In this document: positions 38,130 to 49,948 of the stretch, one piece after another
Numbering within the stretch: position 1 is the first letter of the stretch
Layout of the letters: each line of letters starts with the position of its first letter
Source: Balanoglossus misakiensis
Taxonomy: Eukaryota; Animalia; Hemichordata
DNA length: 64,000 nt
Reading direction: 5' to 3'
Assembly (NCBI GenBank): GCA_040954595.2
Contig: CM082582.2
Coordinates: 744,001-808,000 of the forward strand
Program-made: the position numbers and the translations under genes
Notes under the pieces: generated by a model
Seen by the model: only the letters and a program-made list of their open reading frames with translations
What the model was told of the DNA's origin: nothing
Databases searched by the model: none

Positions 38130-39330
38130 ACCAGTGGGTTAGAGATACAGCGTTTTATATTAACATGAATTAACATGAAACTAAAAATTTGATGGTTTAC
38201 TTAGGACTGCCTTGATCCATGGTAACCTCATTAAATATGTACATATCTAATTCTAGGCTATCCAGTTGCGGTAGAAACCTGGACATGGACAACTTTGGGG
38301 TCAAAATCTTATGACAAAATGTTGGGTGATCTTGGGTAAACTTTGACCTACATTCCTATATCTTGGCATCCGGCACAGATACATCCTTGACACTTGGAGT
38401 GATGGAACTGCATAATGGAGTATTATGTCTCAGCTAGTCACAGTGCTTTTGCTGTGTTTTATGTCTTTTATTCAGCCAAATTAGATGTTTTTCATTACAC
38501 ATCGGCTGTGTTTGCCAGTACTTTTTAGCTGGTCACACTGCCTTAACACAATGTATTCTCAAAATACTCTGCAATCTTTATGAAGCATATACAGCAGACA
38601 AAGTTGTGGTAAGACTGAACTTGCCCATCTTTGTGATTAAAGCATGACCAGCCTGTCTTAGGTGGCCCCTACCTAGGGGCTTTACCCGTCATTGGCTCAC
38701 AGTCTGAGAAATCAGCTCTGCAGGGAAGTTAACGATGTAACCCACCATTAAAGCTTGGATTTCTGCTTTTTGTATTTGATGCCTGGCTGAGGCCTTCTTA
38801 GGATCTACCCAATGCTGAGTAGGCTATCCCGTCATTGGCACACAGTCTCAGGGAGGGAGTCAAAAGTTCAGTATACCATCAAAGCCTTTATATTGTCCAT
38901 TCTTTTTAAGAGAAGGCTGGCTGCTGTAGAAAAATGTTGATCTCAAATTTATCATGTCCAAAAAGCCAGACTTCCAGCCCTATTGGTTAGGCTGGCATTA
39001 GGTAAGTACATAATTAATGAGGCAAGACATAATACTCAATCAAATAGTTCCATCACTCCAAGTGTCAAGGTTGTATCTGCTCCGGATGCTAAAATATAGG
39101 AATGTAGGTCAAAGTTTACCCAAGATCACACAAATGTTTGTCAAAAGATTTTGACCCCGAAGTTGTCCATGTCCAGGTTTCTACATCAGCTGAATAGCCT
39201 AGAATTAGATATGCACATATTTAACGAGGTTACCATTGCTCAGGGGGGTCTTAAATTAACCATCAAATTTTAGTTTCATATTAATGCATATTAATATAAA
39301 ACACTGTATCTCTAACCCTACAGGTAAGCC
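38130..39330. repeat. Innermost foldback: ~280-bp inverted arms around a ~630-bp core; mirrored at ~54900-56100
   Basis: CCTTGACACTTGGAGTGATGGAACT (~38385) vs AGTTCCATCACTCCAAGTGTCAAGG (~39046); GGGTTAGAGATACAG (~38136) vs CTGTATCTCTAACCC (~39304). Confidence 0.88.
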
Positions 39331-40809
39331 TAGAATTAGGTACATGTACATGCGTAAGTTTTTGACAAGACAGTTAAGCTGTAATATATGTACATGAACC
39401 TTGACAATTGACTTAAAATAACATAAAGGCAGAACTGATACTGATTGGAGATAGATATTACTAATGACAGTGATGTTAATTACACCAGGAATGTTTGTCT
39501 TAGTATACGGTAGCTTACCGACTGCTTGAGGTTAAGTAATGAAAGTGCCCACTTGCGATTCACCTTCAAATAGCTACTTAGTCTTTGGTACATGTACATT
39601 GTTTTTCCAATGATTAGACAAATGATATACATATGTGTAATTAAGGTTGGGTAGCATTTTCAATGTAATAAGCCCTGCCTTCACTATAATCTTACACCAA
39701 ATCAACACTGTTCAGTAATGTGATAGGCTTCAAAGCGACGCTAGTTACATCATAATTCCCAGCAAGGGGTATTAGTTTATTGGGCAAGTGGCATGAGTGA
39801 GGCCAGACATTAGTTTTGGAAGCAAAGCGGACAGAACACTGCCGGGCATAGACTAGGTAGTTCTGAATGTGACCAAGGACGTTACCACATTAGACTCTGT
39901 ATTGTAAGTTTCTGAAGAATCGCAAAAAATCATCAACAGTCTACATGTACTTCAACCTTGTGAGAAGTACTGTATAACACACAGGATATACTAGTCACTG
40001 TTGGTCAGGTTATTACACACTGTGGTCCCATCTGGGGATTACACAAAATTAGGTATGTCTGTGTTCATGGGAAAAATCATGTGACATTGGCAAGCAGATA
40101 TGACCTACTGTAAGAACATTTCAAAGGAACCAGACAAGTATTTTAGGGAAAACAACATTCAACAATGACAAAAACTGCCTCAAACCACATATATCCAACT
40201 ATCAACAAATTGTATAATATCTACTTCAATCACCACGCCTACCAAAGTTGAAAGCAATCTGACTAGTAGTTTCAAAGAATACAAATTGCAAAAATTGCCC
40301 CAAGACCACAATATGTAAATTTCACCAAAATGATATACAACATTACTTGGGTTACCTCTTGGAACAAGCATACCAAAATTTGAAAGCAATCTAAGGAGTT
40401 TCTCAGAAAATGAATTTTGACCAAACATGACAGATTACAAATTCTGCGACAATTTAAACAAAACTAACTAAGATCACCTACCGGAAGTGTCATACTAAAT
40501 TCTAAAGAAATCAGCCAATCTCTTTAAGAGGAAAAGATTTTTTTTCAAATGGTAAAACAAGACAAAATAATTGCATAAAAAATAGACAATTCACGATATA
40601 AACTCAAAGTATATCAGGTATGATGACATTACCAACATGCATACAAATGTGTAAAGCAGTCTAACCAGTTGTTGAGTTTTGATCAATTCCACATATTTCA
40701 CAGGTTATTTGCGTATTTTTGCAATGACAACTTCATTTAAGCAAAATCCCATCTACACACCAAATATCAAGGTGATACGCGAAGTGGTTTCATGTTTTGG
40801 ATCAGGGCA

Positions 40810-40930
40810 GACATACATCCATATATACATGTAACATGCATACACACATGTACACACACACACAAACACATGCATACATGCATACATACATACATACATA
40901 CATACATACATACATACATACATACATACA
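40810..40930. repeat. (CATA)n/(CA)n microsatellite in a decayed Helentron-associated-like element
   Basis: Visible directly. It is preceded by CACACCAAATATCAAGGTGATACGCG, which also precedes the microsatellite of the 46719-48004 element. Confidence 0.9.
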
Positions 40931-43019
40931 GAGGGAAACGGTCTGGTAATCAATGTTGTGACACTAGCATTAGGCCTTAAACCCGGGTGCGGAAAGCACT
41001 GGGGTTCGGATTAACGTGTGTTTGTACAGTTGTTTATTTGGGAGTGGTCGTCATGCATAATAACTGTGTAATTGATCTCATGTACATAGAAAATAATTGA
41101 ACACTTTACACCTCTATGCGATTGACAGCTGTTTGAATGGTGTGGTTATTGTTTCCCAGGGATGCTTCTGAAAAGCACTGAAACCAGATTTCTCCCAAAA
41201 TCATCGTTGTTTCAAAAGCTCGTGTACTTTTTCATCGATAACTTTATGTTGTGTGTGTTTATAAAGCCAACCACTGTCGTTGTGTGGTGTAATTCTTTAT
41301 GCTTGGATCTGTTTGGGCCGATTTTCATAGAGCCAAGATCATTGGTGTTGTCTGTTGTCAGTCAAACGGCATTAAGATTCGCCACTGATTTGGGTGGTCT
41401 TTTATACCACGCATCGGGGTTTAATGTTTACGATATCAGGACAATTTATATCATATGAAGTTTTATGTATTCATAATTATTCAGAGAAGCAAATTTTTAA
41501 AAATGTGAAATTGTTATCAATAGGATGTGCACTGACAGCATGCTTATATGGAATACAGGTACTCTAACACAATCAGTCATAACACTTTTGAATCATCAAT
41601 AAATAACATATAGAATAATTTTACAGGATTTAATTATTTATATTTGAACGCAAAGCGTAAATTCCCTTGTGCCATGGAATTCACAATCTGCAACTGGTGG
41701 GGTCCTTCTGCCAGTAAGAAGCATCAGATAAATTCTGCATGCTCATCACCGAGGCAATTTAGGTGTACTTTTGTACTTTGAGAACTGTCAGTTTTCGCAA
41801 CTGAAACTCTGCTCACAGGACAGAGGAAAAACTAGAATGACAACAGCTATGTAAGCTAACAAAAGAAACACAGAGCATAGTTCTCCATACTCATATTTTA
41901 ATGCAATAATTTTTGCTGAAATTGGGGCGTCCGTGGGCAGGCAAAGGCAGTTCTAACTCAACTTGCAAATCAGGCCCATGTCTCTTGTTCCCTGAGACTG
42001 TCTGGTTCTAATAATTGCTGTAAGAACATAATCGTTGACCAAACGGTTGGTTCAATTTTGCAACATTTTATGATTTCAAGCTGTGCAATATTTGCAACTC
42101 TGTTTCAACTTTGGTTGGAGGGATGATGATGAAGCCATTTCACTGACAAAATAGCACTACTAACTGACATCCATATTTGTTTACAGTCAAATGCATTGCC
42201 ATCAGAAAAATGCATACGAAAAAATTCTTATGTGAATAATACACACTTTCTTGCACAACTGCAAACTCTGTCACATTTGTGAAATTTTAAGGAAATTCAT
42301 TCATTGGGTAGCTTTATGAATTCTTAAACAAACTTAGTCATGAAACCTAAATGGTTACCTTACACATCTGGCGGCTCGACTTCTGTGATATGATAGTCTT
42401 CAATTAATGTGTATGTGATTCCATACAAATCCATATGATTACCTGAACGTACAAAATAAATAAAAAATAAAAAATAAATTAAAAATAAATAAGTATCTCA
42501 TACATATGCATAAGTGCTTGTGATAAATATATCCTGTATTTAAATAAACCTGTCATTTATTGACCTCGTTTTCCTATTAACCCAAAGGACTAGATTGCGC
42601 TGTAATATTATTACAGCTTCATTTCAATGCAACAGGTACACTACATCATATTGGAGCAAATATGCCAGCTCAACATTGATATAAAGAGTGTCAAAATATT
42701 GGTGGCTACAAAAGCTTGTGTCCCTTCAATCCATCCTCGCACTCAGGTGAAAACGAACGTCATTAGTTTTTGGGAAAAAACCTCTGAAATCAATTTCGGT
42801 GAGGCCAAATGTGTTTCAAAGGCAAACCGTTTCTGGTAAACAAATCAATGGCAAATAATTACTTCGGCGACATACCAATCAGTCAACATGGCTGCCTAAT
42901 CGTTGGATAGCCCAGTTTCATCTCGCGACCATTCTATCTTCCGATATGGCGTTGCATGGTTAAATTCGTCTCTTCTTTGCCGACATAGTCAGGCGACAAC
43001 GGTCCAGAAGCATAGGCAG

Positions 43020-43110
43020 CGACGCCATCTTGTTTACAATGTGAAGTATTGACTGCGCATGCTCAATAATTTTCCGCGTTTTTTTTTTGCCAACGGCGCG
43101 CGCGCGGTGT
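43020..43110. promoter_or_regulatory. CpG-rich promoter-like motif cluster (YY1-like AAGATGGCG, Forkhead-like TGTAAACA, NRF1-like GCGCATGC); inverted copy at 51421-51470
   Basis: GACGCCATCTTGTTTACAA and TGCGCATGC are followed by GCGCGCGCGC. These are motif matches only, with no expression evidence. Confidence 0.4.
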
Positions 43111-43703
43111 CTGGTATAGAGAAAATAACATGCAAGTGCGCGATTATTTATTTGTAAAAAATCAGTTATACATTTGTCATCAACGTTTGAAAACTTTCAA
43201 TGATCTTACCTCGGTAAGCATTTCAAATAGGTACACTTTTATTTAGAACCATCGTATGTGGAAAATAATAAAACACAGAGTGGGGATTGGCCCTATGTTT
43301 GACTTGATCATAACCAGCTCGGTTTGCGTTTTGTCATTGACGAGGGTGTCAGACTTTTGCTGAGAGAGTGAGTTTCTATAGCGTAAACGTTTATCGACTG
43401 GACTTTCTGTGGCCGGGGAACACGTGCAACTTTTGATGACTGTTTTTCTAGCGCCGTGTTTTTATCTTACGACCTAGAATACCTGCTTTCGTCACCCTGG
43501 TCTGCTCTGCACGTACTATGCTTTCCAGTTTATGTAGCTTGAAGTTGTACCACATTTTGGTTTCCGAGCTGTAGCGAACATAAAACCGAAACTAATAGCT
43601 ACGTGTTGACCGCAGCGACTGCGTGTTTTTTTGTTGAGCTCGCTAAATTCCAAGTATTCCCAACCTACAGTTTATTCTCATGCAGCTCAGACTGAGGTCG
43701 CTT

Positions 43704-44036
43704 CTAAGAGAAAAAACAACAACATATTTTGGCTGTTGCCAGACCAGGAATGGAAAATCTTGAGTGGCGCTGGGCTGCATTTCTCTGTAGGACTGTAGTT
43801 GTATTGTGCAAGGGTTCGCCAGCATCGCCTTCAGACTTGTTGTCATAGTCACTGGTGGCGGTTTGTCCTGCACTACTCGTCGTTCTATTTGATGTGGTGG
43901 TATTATTCTCAGATGTCTGTGCCGAGGATCCTGCCCGTTTTCCGATTCTCTTCGTTTTGTCGGCCATTTGCTTCACTTTTTCCGTCATTGTTGCGACGTC
44001 AGTCTCTGTTGTTGTTCGAAGGAGGCGAAAGTCCAT
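43704..44036 (-). CDS. Possible small 110-aa Ser/Thr-rich protein ending KICCCFFS
   Basis: ATG-initiated ORF in non-repetitive, GC-richer sequence. It has a disordered-type composition and a terminal Cys cluster. No recognisable homolog. Confidence 0.3.
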   Translation of the reverse strand: MDFRLLRTTTETDVATMTEKVKQMADKTKRIGKRAGSSAQTSENNTTTSNRTTSSAGQTATSDYDNKSEGDAGEPLHNTTTVLQRNAAQRHSRFSIPGLATAKICCCFFS

Positions 44037-44127
44037 TCACCATTAATAGCCGAATTTCCAAGATCGTCCGTTAATTACAATGCGACGTCACGCTACCATG
44101 TCCTAAGAAAGACTACAGGGCACATTT

Positions 44128-44292
44128 TTTTATCTCGTGCGCACGACTGACGTGTGCATGTGATATTTTCTCGTGAACACGAGTGCGCTCGCAATTTTCT
44201 CGTGCGCACGAGATATGCACGAGATAGCATGTTTCTCGTGCACACGAGAAATCATCTCGCTGGAACAAGATACTATCTCTTGCACAAGAAAT
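44128..44292. repeat. Cluster of short palindromic TCTCGTGCGCACGAGA-like units (MITE-like remnant)
   Basis: About 6-7 degenerate copies of TCTCGTG(C/A)(G/A)CACGA. Confidence 0.7.
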
Positions 44293-46718
44293 AGAATAAC
44301 TGGCAGCCACTATGATGTCTGCCACAGGCAAATTTAAATATTCCACTCTGGATCTTCTTTCAGCCCTTCGGAAAACATGAGCATTTATGAAATCCGGCTC
44401 TCAATTTTTCGAGAAGTTCCAGCAGTTGTGGTGTCGCCAAAAACGAATGTATGCCATTCCTGGCGGAAAAAAATATGCAAGAGACGCTTGCAATACACTG
44501 CCATCTACCTGACCGCCCTACATGCCTTAATGTAAGGTAGAAGGTCGGGCGGTAGGAAGAGTTCACCAAAAGAGGGCGCATTTTATCATCCATTGATTTA
44601 TACTGTTTACGAGCAGAGAAGCCTCAGTGTTCGCGGTTAGAACCGTATCGGTAAGACAAAGACAGAAGAGTTGACAGACAACAAACTTATTCAGTTTATA
44701 TCATATAATTCTTACTGTAAAACGTTCCCTGAATAAAGCCTTGTGCTCATAAGAACATTGAAGATTGTCGCATACAGACCGACACCTTTTTATCTATTGT
44801 AGGTATTGAATGGAACGCTAAATACCTGTGTATTTCTTATTCATTAAGCAATGATGTAACACAACAAGTTTCGGACAGTGTGAAGGAAGGGCCAAAGCAC
44901 TCTTGCAAGTTAGTGTGGTGTACTCTTTTCCAACACTGCTGCAAGCTGTTCAGCACCTGATGCTGCTTGTATCTCCGATGACAAATGGACAGTCTGTGTG
45001 CTGTCAAAGTAAATCCATCAATTTTGCGGAGCTGAAAGGAAAATGACAGCTTGTCAAACTCAAATCTGCCAGACGAAATAGGGAAAGAAATGCATAACAG
45101 GTAATCCACCATACTATGAATTTTAGCCAGCATCCTATGAAATGCGGTAAAACGGAACTGCAATTAATTTTAAATGAATTCTGCTCAAATTGTTTTCTTA
45201 GTTCTCAACATTGGATTGGAACCGTTAAATATAATGTACCGTATAACATTATCATACAGGTTAGTATGTCAAATATTTTTCCATTTGGCATTTTCTTCTT
45301 GAGGTCATTTCAACAGTATACACACCACAGTTTGTGAGATATGGACAGAAACAAACAGGAATCTATGCAATGTTATAATAGTATATTATTGTTAACAAGA
45401 AAGCGGCAACTCTCTGCCTGGCAGAGAATAATGATAGTCTTTTTGAAAAAAAAAGGGCGTGCTGAGGATATGGTCCGTCAAAAACATACATGTATAAGGT
45501 ATGCCTGAACTAATTTTTAACATGGTGTACATAAATATTTATGCATTGTCACAATGACTGGAGGTCTTTAAATGACCAAGCTGTATGGACACCTCATTCA
45601 ATGTTACATATATTTGTTATTACATGTTTTATTGAAATTGCCAGTTGTCTGTTTTAATACTGGCAGTTCTGCTGTGTCTTTTGTCTTGCCCTGACAGAAT
45701 GCAGTAATATTTGCAGTAAAAGAGGAGTGTCAGTAAATAGTGGAGCAATATCTTTCTACGAATGTACTCATGCATTGCTCCAAAGTGAAGTACATTTGCA
45801 AAACCAGTTTGGGAAATCGGGACTCTTTTCAAGATAATACCACATTTTTGTGGATGTCACATGACATGGAAACACGCTAGAATCACGATTGAGATAAGGT
45901 TTCGGTTTGATATACCACTTCCTTGTTATTTCAATCTGTATGTTTTCTTAACCCCCTCCCTCGAAAAAAGGTAATTGAGGTAATTGTAAAATTACCTGAA
46001 AACAAACAGGCTACTCTAGCCTCCAATTTATGAGGTTTGTGATGTAACATATTTTGAATTTCGTGAATCGATCAAAAGTTTCCGTGCACCAACTATCAAA
46101 ACTACACCAAAAAATAATTTGGGCAATTCATAAGGAGAATCTAGTGGGTCAGCGGCTATAGAACTGACGTAAGTGTAAGTATCAGAGAATTGTGGGTACG
46201 AGGCTGGGAAGAGCAAAACTCGAACACTCATGAAATCTACACGTGACGCCAAATTCTTTGTAATATGAACAGTGGAAAACTGCCATGCCATCCCTCTAAG
46301 TGCAAACTTCCAAAGATTTCAATCTGGTGATATTTAAAAAAAATATTTTATTCAAATTCATGTGGTGATATTTAAAAAAAAATATTTATTCAAATTCATG
46401 TTATAAATTAATTTTGCATCTATGATATAGAAATGACTCTGTCTTATATAACAAAAATACAAATAACTTGGTTAGATGACCAAAGATTTCCCATCTCGAA
46501 AAGTTTCTACCAAAATGACTATCTCCAAATCTGCTAAGAGAGCCCTAGCAAATTTAATCACTGCACATTACTCTCGATAAAACGAAATATTGCGCATTCA
46601 TTTTGTCCTTGAATTGAAATGCATGGCCAGTGTTCATATACTTCACACACACAGGATGTTTAAGGAGTTGAATTGTTATTGACAGCGACCAGGTCGGTAG
46701 ATTCTATAGGATGAAGTA

Positions 46719-48004
46719 AAAATAGCGTCAAGGACACTGTGGTCCCATTTGAGGACATAAAATATAGCAACATAGCAATAAGCATATCTGCTCTGGATGC
46801 CAAGATATGGAAAAGTAGGTCAAAGGTCACCTGAGGTCATGCAAAATTTGGGCATAAAATTTTGACCTTATACTGGTCCATGTTCAACAAAAACCAAACC
46901 TATAGCCTTATTGGTTAGCCTGGAATTAGGTATGCACATAATTAATGAGATATGCAGGTGTCACAGGTAACCCCCAATTTTGGCTTTTCAATGTTAGTCC
47001 CAACCCTCCAAACGCGAAGTCTGTACCTGCTCTGGATGCCAAGATATGATAAAGTAGGTCAAAGGTCACCTGAGGTCATGCAAAATTTGGGCAAGAAATT
47101 TTGACCTTATAATGGTCAATGTTCAATAAAAACCAAACCTATAGCCTTATTGGTTAGCCTGGAATTAGCTTTGCACATAAATAATGAGATATGCAGGTGT
47201 CACAGGTGACCCATATTTTGGCTTTTCAATTTTAGTCCCAACCGTCCAAACGCCAAGTCTGTACCTGCTCTGGATGCCGAGATATAGGAAAGTAGGTCAA
47301 AGGTCACCTGAGGTCACCCAAAATTTGGGCAAGAAATTTTGACCCTATACTGGTCCATGTCCCACAAGAACGAAACCTCTAGCGTAAGCCCTATTAGTTA
47401 GCCCGGAATTAGGTATGCACATAATTAATGTGTTAAGCAGGTGTTACAGGTGAGCCAAAAATTTGCCTTTTATTTTGGCCCCATTGTGCTCACTGACCAA
47501 TAGACAGTCACTGTACAGGACTATTGCACAGACCAGAATTCCACAATAAGACGTGGACATAGCTTAACCATAGAGGTATAAGTAAAGGTATAAATTTAAT
47601 AAAAAGACTAAAAAATTTATAAAAAATAAAACATCCATGATATTAACTTAACACTTACAGGTCGATGTGAGGTTGACATAAGGTACATGCATACCAATTT
47701 TTAAAGCAATCTGACCAGTAGTTGTTGACTTTCAGAGTTTTGATAAATTTCACATTTTACTGGCTAATTTGCATATTTTTGGGCCTGGCAACTTCGTTTG
47801 GACAAACTCCCATCTACAGCCCTGCCTGCATCTGCACACCAAATATCAAGGTGATACGCGCAGCGGTTTTCAAGTTTTTGATGTGGACGGACATACAGAC
47901 ATACATACATACATACATACATACATCCATACATACATCCATACAGACGCAACCCATCCCATAAGGTCCCATGGTATATAGGCCTATACCAATGGGACCT
48001 AAAA
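46719..48004 (-). mobile_element. Helentron-associated non-autonomous element (HINE/DINE-like) with three ~237-bp internal tandem repeats
   Basis: A hairpin AGGTCCCAT...ATGGGACCT lies at 47964-48000 next to (CATA)n, with a matching subterminal GGTCCCAT at 46741 and A-runs at both ends. The core repeat GCTCTGGATGCCAAGATAT starts at ~46790, 47029 and 47266. Confidence 0.8.
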
Positions 48005-48187
48005 ATGAAAAGACAGTCAGTACATAGCTAAATTCTCCTATACAAGGGCGTCTTCAATTGGTACAGTGACTGACTGAATGGATGAATGAATGAATGAATG
48101 AATGATGAACGGATGAGTCGTAATAATATGCTTCAATCATAGGGGCTTTGAAAATTATTTAAAAAAAATAAAAAATAATGTACTCAC

Positions 48188-49275
48188 AACCGACATTTAT
48201 ACAACAGACAGCTCAAGAAACTCCTCCATGTGTACAATACTTTGCCAATTTAGTGACAACATCAGCTTGCAGAGCACGTGAGCACCGCTTTCGCCAGCCT
48301 GTGGTGCCCGCATATCTTTTTTGTTCAGCAGTAACATGCACGACACATGCAGAGACACAAACGTCCATGTTGCAAATTGTAGATGAAAGCATCAGCTGCG
48401 CTGGTTTTATGGTCAGCATCACTGGCTGTTACATGAAAACTGTTTGTCACATTCCTTAAGATGGGTCCCTGGGATCTTTTTGCGCGTTGCTATGGGCCTT
48501 TATAGGACATTACACCCCGATTTGGACTAAGCCGTTTTCAGAGTCTAACAAGGGGCTGGTAACTAGTTGAAAATCTGCACGATTGTGAGCGCGCGCCCCC
48601 TGACGCCATTGATATGCAAATTAGCTAGGTCAAATTTCAAAAGCCTAAGGCTTTTTATTCCGTGACCTCAAAAACGAACTTGATGCGTATTCATTAGTTG
48701 CTTGAACCAGGGAAGATCGTGACGGATTTTGTTTTCAAATATTATCGTTGTATCCTACGATTTCAGCATACCCGTACCACACCTGAAAAAGTCATCGATT
48801 TTGGGTGTTTTTGGACGCACTCTTCCACCGGTATCGCTTCTTAGCACGACGAAAACCGAAAAAACGATCCGTCACACTATGCGGAAGTGCGTTCTCAACA
48901 AGCAGGTCAAATTTGGCTGGCGTACGTGGCCTATGAAAAAAGCCTTAGGGATTTTCGTGAACGGTACAAAATCTCTGTGTACAAAACATTGGATTTTTAG
49001 CGTTCGATCCAGTTACTGTGGTTACAGGACGCGCACACTATCGCTGACCGCTGCTTTGCGGTATTAGCGTGGCGGCCTATGGCCGGGCGGTAGCTGCCGT
49101 AACCATACTCGGACAGGGGGTGTGCACACAATCGTGCGTATTTTTAACTAGTTACAAGCCCCTTGTCGGACGTTCATAACGGTTTCGATCAAAATTGAGT
49201 GTAGTGTCCTATAAAGGCCCATAGCAACGAGCAAAAAGATCCTAGGGACCCATCTTAACCAACATATACGTGTAT
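48188..49275 (-). pseudogene. Decayed exon (possibly WSC-domain-like) split by the TTAA element
   Basis: Acceptor CTTTCTTTCCATACAG at 49276 and donor GTGAGT at 48187. Translated fragments YVG...MDVCVSACV...RYAG...GGVS* loosely resemble a WSC domain but need frameshifts and contain stops. Confidence 0.3.
48460..49254. mobile_element. Non-autonomous TTAA-target DNA transposon (Kolobok-like purine termini), 795 bp
   Basis: TTAA at 48456-48459 and 49255-49258. The ~130-bp TIRs begin GATGGGTCCCT(G/A)GGATCTTTTTGC. Confidence 0.9.
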
Positions 49276-49797
49276 CTGTATGGAAAGAAAGTAGGCTCAC
49301 CCCCGGTACAATATTATTTTTTTTGCATGCACGCAATGGCCTGAATTTGCTAAACTGGGATCATCTGCGCGCATTTCAAAAAGTGCTCGTTGCTTAACTT
49401 CGTGTGCTTTATTACTACTCACAATTATTCCACTTGTGAACGAACACGTCACCCAATTTTACAGTGTAGCCATGTGGAAAACTGGTGACAAGGTAATATT
49501 TCATTCGAAGATCAACCTACGTTCAGAAAGTTTGCATTGTGGTGAATTCTCACTGCTCTCGCAATGCGGTCTGTGGCTCACTGCCGCTGACCGCATTACA
49601 CGTAGAAATAAATTCTGTACGTCACAGTTCGTAGGTCGCATAGGTCATGGAGTTAATCCATTATACATTGCGGCTTACAATTTCTCGTGACCCTCTTATC
49701 ATGCAGCTTGTGTGTTACTGACCACTGACGCATGTCAAAACACTCAATATTTTTTTTAAATTTGCAAAATCTTTCATTTTAAAGTCGTGATACTCAC

Positions 49798-49948
49798 TGC
49801 AGATAGCATTCTTTTCAGTAGGAACTATTTCTGCTGCCATTTCAATATTGTCTTTATTCCATGTAAATATATTTCCTCCAATTGAACAGTCCCCCGCCAC
49901 AGCTGCAACCTCTTCTGCAGTCAGAACTTTTGACCACATGTATGTCAT
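49798..49948 (-). pseudogene. Truncated exon resembling the C-terminal part of a pentraxin/LamG-like domain
   Basis: YMWSKVLTAEEVAAVAGDCSIGGNIFTWNKDNI fits the pentraxin tail pattern W..VL...E....A.C...GN...W. It ends in a GTGAGT donor at 49797. The upstream part is replaced by repeat-derived DNA. Confidence 0.6.

Larger units (their letters stand above)
36050..42360. repeat. Inner inverted repeat within the left arm: 36050-36790 vs 41640-42360 (mirrored in the right arm at 52340-53040 and 60370-61860)
   Basis: CAAGGGAATTTACGCTTTGCGTTCAAATA (~36762-36790) is the reverse complement of TATTTGAACGCAAAGCGTAAATTCCCTTG (41641). The match extends ~720 bp to GGTAACCA/TGGTTACC. Confidence 0.92.
34399..43067 (+). 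repeat. Left arm (~8.7 kb) of a giant inverted duplication
   Basis: Colinear reverse-complement match to 51420-63095. Examples: 34414 TAAGGCACACATCTCCAATTGGTACATTGGGCC vs ~63053-63086; 38650-39060 vs 55150-55570; 43021-43066 vs 51421-51466. Confidence 0.93.

Noticed and set aside
44837-46291. Further exons in the spacer
   Set aside because: Splice-like signals exist, but no frame gives a recognisable or stop-free domain.
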